DNA of 63,887 nt, filler included, from Neolecta irregularis DAH-3 (lineage: Eukaryota), in NCBI GenBank assembly GCA_001929475.1. It is 7 parts of 7 records of this genome, joined end to end, with 100 filler letters (N's around TTAATTAATTAA, not from the genome) between each part and the next. Parts side by side here need not be neighbours in the genome. Positions count along the whole stretch, not along the records: positions 50,587 to 58,285 come from LXFE01000706.1; positions 58,386 to 61,665 come from LXFE01000707.1; positions 61,766 to 63,887 come from LXFE01000713.1; 4 more parts are not named here. One strand, written 5' to 3'. The notes beneath the pieces were generated by a model. That model worked only from the letters and a program-made list of their open reading frames with translations. It did not search any database and was not told the origin of the DNA. Each line of letters opens with the position of its first letter. Position 1 is the stretch's first letter. Below, one piece after another: positions 54,572 through 63,887 of this stretch. A program made the translations under genes and the position numbers.

Positions 54572-54868
54572 CTATAAGTGTTTCGGTCGCATGTCACTTC
54601 TTCTAGGCGCTACAATTGGATGCAGTTGGGCAAGATATGTGATTGCCCATAACAGGTAACAGGACACAAGGGTAAGAATAAGCGACATCCGCCAGACCCT
54701 GCAGATGGATCAGTATGTAGGAATAACTTGCAGATTCTACGTCTGATTGTTGCCTTGGGGCGAAAGGGCATAACATGTCAGAGCAAGGAAGCCGGTGAAC
54801 AGCGCAACAATTATCACTATCCAGCTAGTGATGTTAATAGAGCATTTAAAGAGCAAGTACCCGGACAT
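54572..54868 (-). CDS. VMA9: V-ATPase V0 subunit e
   Basis: Spliced: MSGWIVIIVALFTGFLALTCYALSPQGNNQTVWRMSLILTLVSCYLLWAITYLAQLHPIVAPRRSDMRPKHL*; 8-nt first exon. Confidence 0.93.
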
Positions 54869-55001
54869 TACTGCCAATGATAAGTAATAGGTGGAAGTGG
54901 GCTTGGCGTTGCGAACCCCACTCACTATTTCCAAATTCAAAGTCCGCCATATTTTTCCCCTCCCGCGCAGGAAAAATCAAATTGTTGGCTGTCCCCTAGA
55001 C

Positions 55002-55637
55002 ATGTTCCTTCAATCCTTTAGAATTGCACGAGTGGGCTTCCGGCATAATTCGTCTAATTCATCATCTCAGACTGTTTCGGAGGGGTTGAAGAAGGCTTCA
55101 GCTATCGGCAAAGAGGTCGCAGGGAAAGCCTCTGAACTCGGGAAAGGGTTGACTGTAAAAGCTGCAGAAGTTGGGAAAAATGTTGCATCACAGGGCATGA
55201 AGTTGGCAGGTGCTGCTGGAAACAAATTGTTTGGTTCAGTGGGTGGTATAGTTTTGTTCGTCATTTCGTTAGTAGGCTGATACAATATGTAGCTTTACAA
55301 CGTACGAAACTATTTTCTATACAGCATCAGAACCCTGCTAACTTTTGGTCAAGGCTTTCAAGAACCGACAGTCTATTATCTCCAGGTTGTCCGCGAACTT
55401 GCTAAACAGGTGTATCTGAAAGAGAATATGTCACCACCGAATCTCGCTGAAATTCGATCGACATGGGAAGGAATCTACAAGTCATTGAACAAAGAAAATT
55501 TACTCAAGCTTAAAGGACTGTTGCGGGATAGACCTGCTGCTATGCGATACGGCATATATGGAGTCGAGCTTTATGGAATCTTCTGCCTTGGAGAAATGCT
55601 TGGACGGAGACACATCGTTGGGTACAAGGATCATTAG
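55002..55637 (+). CDS. ATP20: Mitochondrial F1Fo ATP synthase subunit g
   Basis: Presequence MFLQSFRIARVGFR; ELAKQVYLKENMSPP; YGVELYGIFCLGEMLGRRHIVGY. Confidence 0.9.
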
Positions 55638-56770
55638 TAATCTACCAATCAAAAATGTATGTTTTCCAAGCGCACTTCCAATCCCTGTTATTTGAACAAC
55701 AGGACTTTATCGCGTTTCTTCCTTTGTTCATAATGTCGATATCCTTCTCAGCACCAATAATATACTTCCACAATTACCACATTCAAGAGGCTGAAAAATA
55801 ATATCCAGCATGACACTCCTTGATATTTTATCTTGACGCTTCTGCCGCTGATTCGGGATAAATCTTATTGACTTCCGTTCTCTGATTTGATAATATTCTA
55901 GACAGTGTGTCGGAGCTAGTTCTTTGTGATCAAGGATTGGAAATCTACTATTAGACAGCTGCACGGGAGATAACATCGCCGGATACTTTTCTGTTCCCTA
56001 TTGGACAGAAGTCTGCAGGAATTTTCCTTTGTGCACCGGTTCTACGACTTATCTGGCATATCACAAAGAAACTCATCATTCTCACGCGGGAAATCCGATC
56101 ATCAGAAGGGAGGCAAGTGTCTTGCTATTTTATACTTTTTCGACGACATCGTTCCTAGACACTTGTCTGTCTATCACTCAACTCATATTTTTCGGAACAA
56201 GAAACTCGAGTTATCAGACTGCTTTCCAAGTACTGGGCATAGTCGACACCACGGGATTCGTCGGTCTCACATTTAGTTCTGTCAGGCTATCACCACAATA
56301 CGCCTACTCAGCCATCCTCATTCGTCCTTGTTTCCGGGCATACGCAATGTTTCTCTGTCGAACAAACAAAAAAGCCGAGCTCGAACGGTAGAACGGCCGA
56401 CACCAGATCGGGGAACTTTGTCTTAGTCTGTGAAGGCTTGGTGGTGGCTATTTGCGGCCTCTATTATTGTACTTGAGACACGATGCTGACGATTTCCCAT
56501 TGTCTTCTCGAAAGGGAAGGTAGGCGATCTCCTCAAAGACAATGAATGACCTGAACACTTATCACTGTTCTTTGTTCTCCAGGTTGATCCGAAGTCTTTC
56601 TAAGCAGGCTGGCTGATTACATCTTGGTGCGCCGAATATAAAGGACTCAGCCGCCAGGCATTCTTATCGTTGCCCGCTACCGAAACCTCTCCCATCATCC
56701 GCCTACAGTTGACGCTTTGCCAAGTTTCAAGCCGGCATTTTAAGTATTCACAGACATACAGCACACCGCT

Positions 56771-57508
56771 ATGGAACACACTACCTGCAGAGTTTCACCC
56801 CTCGTCACGGGTTTCCCTAAAAGGCCTCGATCTCTTGATCTTTCCAACGCCAAAAGAAACTCTCTTTTTCTCACTCGGGACACCTCGTTGCTTACCCCAC
56901 CTCCGTCGTCGTTGAAGGTTGCAGCAGGCTTTGGCACATTTCAGCCGCTACCAATGACACCCGCCAGTGCCACCCATCTTCCATATATCGAGGACGATTT
57001 GCAGACGGAGACCCAGACTGTAGAGTCGCTGCTAGTCGATCCATTCGCCGAAGACCTGAAAGATGTCCCGCTGGCATATGTGCGCTCGCGGCTAGCTGAA
57101 CTTGGCCCTCGTTTTCTCATGAACGCCGAATCTGCAAGCTGCTACATTCGTGCAGTGCCTTCGTCCACTTCGTTCGTTGTCCGTGTCGTTCCGTCCTCAG
57201 GCGCCGCGCCGTTCTTCATCTCGTCATCTCACAAAACCGAAGAAAGCTCTAGTCAATGTTCGAGCCCATTATTACCCATCCATGTAGAATACGCCTCGCT
57301 AAACACTCCTATCCTTCACAGTCTCTTGTTGAGTGGTCATGTAAAGAGGGGCGATATTCTGGAGATCCCCCTTCCCTACCCGGAGATGTGGATTGCAGCA
57401 GTCGGATGGATATACACCAGGCGATTCGCACCATGGCCGAACATGGAAGAAGATGAAGTTTATGAAAAAGTGATGGAAATTGTACAGTTTTTGGGATTCA
57501 TGGAATGA
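56771..57508 (+). CDS. 245-aa protein of unknown function, possibly distant Clp1 (clampless)-like
   Basis: Intronless ATG ORF with TATAAA at about 56637; LKDVPLAYVRSRL and LEIPLPYPEMW...WIYT motifs. Confidence 0.7.
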   Translation: MEHTTCRVSPLVTGFPKRPRSLDLSNAKRNSLFLTRDTSLLTPPPSSLKVAAGFGTFQPLPMTPASATHLPYIEDDLQTETQTVESLLVDPFAEDLKDVPLAYVRSRLAELGPRFLMNAESASCYIRAVPSSTSFVVRVVPSSGAAPFFISSSHKTEESSSQCSSPLLPIHVEYASLNTPILHSLLLSGHVKRGDILEIPLPYPEMWIAAVGWIYTRRFAPWPNMEEDEVYEKVMEIVQFLGFME

Positions 57509-58108
57509 CTCTACATCGCATGGCTGGGTTATGGTTTGTACGATGTCGACCGCTTCTATTGTGAATGTTATTTCGCGCGTAGTAGGTAACACTTTTATTA
57601 TATAAGTATATTATTTCTTTCAACACCTGACTCCAACAAGAAAAGAGATCTTTCTACTCCTGAGCTGAGCCATCTCGTGGCTGGTAAGTAATGCCTTGAC
57701 GTTCCAGTTCATCAACTATCTCCTCGTCGAACTGTCCAGAAATTTTGACAGCATATATTCCTGGTACACATTTCACCCATCTTTGCCATTTACAGACCCA
57801 ACTATCCTTGGGATTCAGCACAGCTACTGTGCCATCGAAAGTTGCGCTCGTACAATCGTCTACTCGAGTAGAAACTTGAAGAATCGATTCACAGTTCGGG
57901 CAGCCTTCACGCTGAAAGGTAGTGTAGGGTTGAATTATTCCACAGAGATAACATGCCCGAGTATCTTATTTTTCAGCTCAGATATGTGTCCATGATAGTT
58001 TATGCGCACTTTTCCTGCTTATTTTATAGTTTGACATAGGTTCCTGTTGTGTGGGTGCTAAAGGTGTCGCGCGCGGTGTGAGGCGATTTTGTTCAAGTCC
58101 AGGGTAGG

Positions 58109-58285
58109 TTTGATGTTCACGTGAACAACAGACTTAAGGGTGCGTTTGCAGTCTCTTTTTTAGCCCGAATTTCATGAAATTCGGATTTGAGTGGCTTGCA
58201 ATCACAAAATAGCAACTTCCGTTTACAAAGGCTTGATGTTCACGTGAACAACAGACTTAAAGAGCGTGTTTTGCAGTCACTTTTT
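58109..58285. repeat. Two about 55-bp direct repeats containing the 14-bp palindrome TGTTCACGTGAACA
   Basis: TTGATGTTCACGTGAACAACAGACTTAA at 58110 and 58233, each followed by TTTGCAGTC and a T run. Confidence 0.9.
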
Positions 58286-58977
58286 NNNNNNNNNNNNNNN
58301 NNNNNNNNNNNNNNNNNNNNNNNNNNNNNTTAATTAATTAANNNNNNNNNNNNNNNNNNNNNNNNNNNNNNNNNNNNNNNNNNNNCGGCAATTAAATTGT
58401 AGTATATAATATAGATAGGCGGTTCATACCTAGCCAAGTCGCCAATACTTAACGTCAACACTTAGGCTAGAACCAATATTAAATACATCTTCCTCTCTTA
58501 CCAATTTCCAATTGCTCTTATACTCATTGTTGTGGTGTCATTGATAATAGTTGGACACTTGAGCTCAACCTCAACACTGCTAATTGTAATATTTGTATAT
58601 ATAATAGAGAAATCATCGCTGAAAACGGTTTAATGTCTTATTGGGTCAAGATACAGTTTTCTCTCATATTATAACTTGTCAGAACTTGCAGGGCTATGTA
58701 TAAACATTGATTGAATTTCATCAACCTGATTGACAATCAGATTGATAAAACCTTCAATCAATCCAGAGTTACGAACTATTATTATATTTCGTGAAGGTCT
58801 CAAGAAGTGTTGTGGAAGGGCCAATTTATACAATACCATCCATACAACATCAGTCATCTATATCACCACATTAACTACGACATTGCACCAACATCACTAC
58901 CTACATCATTTTAAATCACCCACCCATAGTTACCACAAGGTTGTCATTCAAAACTACACCTCCAGATTACGCCACCA

Positions 58978-60263
58978 ATGACAACTCCATCTTCGCTCTC
59001 TACACTTGCCTCACACTGCGACCAGCTCCGTCGCCGCTATGATCCTGCTCCAGCAATTTCACGTATCGACGCTCTTCTGGCTCTCCTCGCCCAATCCCGC
59101 GATGCCCTCTCGCTTTCGGTCTCTCCCATTCCCTTTCTCCGCCAACAGGCTGCTGTTCAGCTTGCTGCACTCAAAAACGACCAGCAGGATCTATATAACC
59201 GTCTGACAAAATATGGCAAGGCCATTGATAAGGTATTCCAGACTACTTTATCCCGCTTATTCTCGCCGAACTTCAAAGCCGACTTATCCAGAGCTTCCCT
59301 TCCCCACCCCTTTCACGGAAATGAACCTCTCGTCCACTACTCCATCGCCCTCCATCTCATCAGACAAGGCCTGCCCGACATTGCCGTTATCTTCATGCAG
59401 GTCTGTCCCTGCCTCTAAACCCTGCGCTGACCGGCAGGAGGCAAACATTTCCCCCCCAGAGGATCTCATGAATGAATTCTCTCAGAGGGAACAGATTCTC
59501 TCCTCCCTCAGATCTGGTCATCTTGATCCTGCAATCCAGTACCTCTCTTTTGTCCTCCTTTACTCATTCATCTAGCTGGTGCTCTCAGAACCGCAAATTT
59601 CTCCAATCCCGCGGCTCCTCCCTCGAGTTTGACCTGCACCAACTGCAATTCCTCAAACTCTTCAAAAATGACCCGCAGGCCGCCTATGACTACGCCTACT
59701 CTACATTCTCTTCCTTCGCGACCCGCTACCTCCCCCAAATCCAGCGCCTTGCCTGTTCCTTCTTGTATGCCTCCGACATCAGTTCTAGTCCCTACGCCGA
59801 TCTCTTTTCTGGAGACGACGGCCTCCACATAGTAGAATCCGAATTCGCCAGCGAATTCTGTGCACGCCTCGGTATGAACCCCGAAGATCCTTTGAACGTA
59901 ATAATCACCGCCGGCGCAATATCCATCCCAATACTACTCAAAGTAACTTCCATCATGAAAGAGAAAAAGAACGAATGGACCAGTCAAGGTGAACTTCCCG
60001 TCGAAACTCCACTCCCGCCGAACTTTTATTACCATCGAATCTTTACATGTCCGGTTAACAAAGAACAAGCTACCGAAGAAAATCCTCCAATGATGTTGCC
60101 CTGTGGGCATATTTATTGCAGGACCAGTTTGCAGCGAATGTCAAAGGGTCTTGATTCAAAAATCAAGTGCGCGTACGTAGTTTATTTGGCAACGTTGACA
60201 CGATCTAGATACTGTCCAAATATGTATCCATTCAAAGACGCCATTCAAGTTTGGTTTCCCTGA
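58978..60263 (+). CDS. RMD5: GID/CTLH E3 ligase RING subunit Rmd5/Gid2 (RMND5)
   Basis: KYGKAIDK, IALHLIRQG, SSLEFDLHQLQF, EWTSQGELPVE, HRIFTCPVNKEQATEENPPMMLPCGH, KCAYCP. Confidence 0.93.
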
Positions 60264-61845
60264 AAAATACTTGTTAGATATATCCATTGAAGACGCTGCA
60301 AGTCGGTTCTTTTAGAATCGAACAAACAATGTATCCATTGAGCAGCTGGTTGTTGGGAAGATTCTGTAAACATTTTGTGAAAAAATTCCTTTGAAATCAA
60401 AGGGTGGATCGTTTTTTCAATTCAAGTCCAGAATGTTCATGCAGAAAGTAAAATTTGTATATCAATATAATCCTGATCCCCAATATCATATTATTGCTAG
60501 AGTATGTGTCATATCATGATGTGCATTATTTGTATCCATTGAGAAGCTATTGACCCTAATCTCTATAGATGGAACATATTAATGTCACGAGTGGAAAGGA
60601 AAGCTTGTATATCATTCCGTTTATCCACGATATCATATTATTGTTAGAGTACATGTCGTATCAAGCAGATTTACATACATCTATTTTATGCTCAATTAAG
60701 CTTGATTCTATTAGAATCGATGTCTATTTGTGAAATCCTCGCTAATGAAACTTCCAATAGGATGATTTTGTGATCACTCTGCATTTCTTTAGCTACTGAT
60801 TAGCAATAAAATTGCTCGATGATCGCTCTAGGTGCAAGGATATACACTCGAGTATATCCTTTCCAAAGACGGAAATGGTAAGGCGATTGATGAGGCTTGA
60901 TGCAAATAGTATATAGTGCCGGGAATGGGGAAATACTTAGCCAAGTACGTCTACTTAGGCTAGGTATGTTCCGTCTATTTAGGCTAGTCATAACACTTGA
61001 GCTTATCTTACTTCTAAGCGCATAGCTTACACTAGGCCTCATTTACCACTACGCTTTCCAATAGAAAGGTTCAGTTGTTGCCATTGGTTTCATTTGCCAC
61101 TATCACATTCATTGGCTACGTCTAATGACTAACCCTCGGCCTGTGGTATAGGACACTAGTAATTGGGTTTCTTCACTCTAGTGTTCCTAGTGTAAAAATG
61201 TTCGATCTCGAACATTTGAACATTTTGTTCTACTTCAGGCATATCGCATTTATGATAATGCTTAATCTTGCAATCATCAGACTATGAGGCAGAGCTATCC
61301 ATCTCTCTTCGAGTATTAACTTTCTTATCATCGTATCTGAGAAAATAGTATATGTGCTAGTATCATATTACTAGGGATTGTTTCTCATATGGAAACGTTT
61401 CTTCAATAAAGAGAAAGAAATCACTATATCTACTACTACGCGTGAATCATTGTGATGACACATGTTGCATCAATCTGAATTTACTACAGGATGCATTATG
61501 GTGGGATGTATCGGATGGTAGGCATATTGGAAGGTTCGGCGAGAGACTTTTAATTTTAAAATACTGCTCCTGTAAGGATATACACTCGAGCATATCCATG
61601 TGGACAAACGACGAGTGAAGGAAGCCGTCTATATTCCAACGACTGCATTTTTTCAAACCGTTGCGNNNNNNNNNNNNNNNNNNNNNNNNNNNNNNNNNNN
61701 NNNNNNNNNTTAATTAATTAANNNNNNNNNNNNNNNNNNNNNNNNNNNNNNNNNNNNNNNNNNNNCAAATTCAATACAAGAAAGTCAAAGGGAGACCTTT
61801 GAAGAAACATCACATGGAGGAAACCAGACTTTCTAACAAGTAAGC

Positions 61846-62130
61846 ATGTCCAAGTCTGGACTTTGGACTTGCTTGCTTGGACTTACTTGGTATTTTACTT
61901 GCATACTCGGACTTGCTTGGATGGACTTGCTTGATAGATTTTTACAGTGTGTCCACCCGCCCGCCCGACCCGCAGTAGACCCTCCGGCGGGCGGGCGTTT
62001 CAAAACGTTTCCGGCAGGCGGGCGGGTAGGTGGGCGGCTCGTCTTTTTTGACAATTAGAATAGGGGCAATACAATGTTCACTAAATAATCAAAATGACTA
62101 ACATAAAATAATTTCTATCTCGTTATCTCT
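61846..62130 (+). mobile_element. Composite transposon ends: GGACTTGCTT repeats followed by CAGTGTGTCCA end with CCCG/CGGG repeats
   Basis: Inverted homolog of 39818-40015. Confidence 0.7.
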
Positions 62131-62469
62131 TTCATTGGTGAAGTATGCTGCACTTACAAAGTTCACGTCGTATCATCCTAATCACCGTGGCACGTGATCC
62201 GTGACAAATCTTGCGTGTGTAATTTTGAGCAACTGGAAATCAATTCACAGTTGAATAGCCAACCAACGTATTCAACCGAATTAAACACTATCGGGATCAG
62301 AATTTAAAGGCAAAACTAATGGTCTGCCAACAGATTCAATACAAGAAAGTCAAAAGTGGAGTTGTAAGTTGTGTGGCGCCGAACGCGATGAAAAATCGGA
62401 ATTTGTCAAAATCACCTAAAATTGAAATAATTGGGTCAATCTTGTGGCTAGCGAACGCACTCTTAATAA

Positions 62470-63297
62470 CTGACTTTAATAGTCTCACTTTTTGGAGGAG
62501 CCACAATGAAGTTTACGAATGCCTTTGGGCAGATTCTGCAATCACCGATCAGATAACTCATACAGTCGAATTTGCTCGCATCTCACATGTTCTGTTCCAC
62601 AACCCAAGACCTAGAGGTTTGATATGGAATTTGTAGTCTTTTCCATCCGTCAAGATTATAGCCTTCGATATAGCGGAAACTCGAATATTTGGGGGGTTTC
62701 GTGCAAGTGTGGGCCGAGCCAGAAATAACTTTCAAGATGACCAAACATCAGATATGGATCTGACAAGACTGTTCACTCTAGCAAAGTATATCTTGCCTGC
62801 CATGGGTGATGATGAAACTCTTGATATAGATCTCGCCTGAGGTTTTCCCCAAAGAGTTCGCGAAATCGACCATGCACAATTGATATGGATTTCGCAAGAG
62901 CCTTGTCAGGCAAACCTCGCGAAGATGAAGACTTTACAGTTGACATGGGAATGCCAAGAGCCTTGACCCTCGCAAAGGAAGAAAATTTAATCTTAGATAT
63001 GGATCCCACCCAAGTGATCTTGGTAAACTGCTCGAATGTGAGATCAAACAATCGATATCGACATTACACACGGCTTCTTCTCTGCATCGCCTTGTCATGC
63101 TCAAGGTTATGAGGATGTTACAAAGGATATGGATATTACCAACCAGATCAATTGATGCTCCTCATCAAGTCCAATGAAACCAGGTCAAGCCCCAATCGAA
63201 GCTCCTCTACAGAAGCCAAGCCCAGGCTCATCACGACTACAATCTGATCCTACCTGAAATAGCATCAAGCTCGGCTCACTACAGGCGGTAAATATGT
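62470..63297 (+). pseudogene. Decayed duplicate of the MELT-repeat region of SPC105
   Basis: Colinear nucleotide similarity to about 31160-32062 (e.g. AATGCCTTTGGGCAGATTCTGCAA, GACCAAACATCAGATATGGATCT, AAATAGCATCAAGCTCGGCTCAC) with indels and stops. Confidence 0.92.
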
Positions 63298-63609
63298 AGG
63301 TACCCCAGGTGGGTCCGCGGAGGGTTTGAATGAAATGGCAGAGGGGCTGGAGGGGGTGGGCAAGGAGAGTGATGCCGATGCTTTCACCGCCTGGGACGAA
63401 AAGGGTACCGTAGCAGGCGAGTGGGTTGGGGCGGTGACAGACATGGGAGCAAAGCAGGTGAGGGCGTTCAGGTGTTCAAAAAAGAAGCCATGCCGTGCTC
63501 CTACCCGCTATAATATTGAAGATAGAGATCTAAACCAGCAATTAGAACAATTTGCAGATGTGATCTTGACCTTTTGAAGGAAATCAAACTAGTAGATGAG
63601 AAGAATGGA

Positions 63610-63887
63610 CAGTGTGTCCATCTGCCTGCCGGAGCCTCGTGGATTTTTATGCCACCCACCTTCACCATGAGACAGTGTTGGGGATGGGCCGAAGCCCATG
63701 GGCTTTTTAAAAAGCCTGGCCCATGGGCCTAACATGTGACAACCATTTTGGGTGGTGGCATGTAGGGCAGCGATGGCCAGTGTTCCCGATGGACCATGGA
63801 CTTTATCCAGTCCATGAAAAGTCCATGGACTGGATTAGGGAAAAAGTCCAGTCCATCCGGTCCATGGATCAGATGGACTTTATCACG
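63610..63887 (+). mobile_element. Three stacked CAGTGT-type transposon ends (63610, 63673, 63778)
   Basis: Each begins CAGTGT; two are followed by their own palindromic repeats (GCCCATGGGC; GTCCATGGAC). Confidence 0.65.

Noticed and set aside
61130-61138. CTAACCCTC as a telomerase RNA template; CAGAAATTCAA at about 19112 as an RNase P motif
   Set aside because: Short matches with none of the other conserved elements visible.

Overview
Eukaryotic (fungal) genomic DNA, gene-dense, with many very short spliceosomal introns (about 35-50 nt). Protein similarities and architecture suggest an early-diverging ascomycete (Taphrinomycotina-like; inferred, not confirmed). Six 100-nt N-gaps carry an artificial TTAATTAATTAA linker, so adjacency across gaps is uncertain. 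Positions 1-38 kb and 46-60 kb are mostly housekeeping genes: VPS9/ankyrin Vrl1-like, YKT6, SAH1, LARP1, SFT2, GIR2, ACL4, PRP11/SF3A2, GCP4-like, CCT7, GH47 mannosidase, ubiquitin-S27a, Ace2/Swi5-like factor, homocysteine methyltransferase, a USP, SPC105/KNL1, RPS11, WDR6, 2-methylcitrate synthase, ARV1, VMA9, ATP20 and RMD5/GID2. Two accessory, repeat-rich zones stand out. At 38.5-46 kb are orphan signal-peptide genes, one with a duplicated exon+intron module and one with a single in-frame TGA. The latter lies in a 3.3-kb segment bounded by inverted copies of a repeat, which abuts a 5'-truncated paralog of the first gene. At 60.3-63.9 kb are stacked CAGTGT-type transposon ends and a decayed copy of the MELT-repeat region of SPC105. 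Gene models were spliced by eye, so exon boundaries are approximate.
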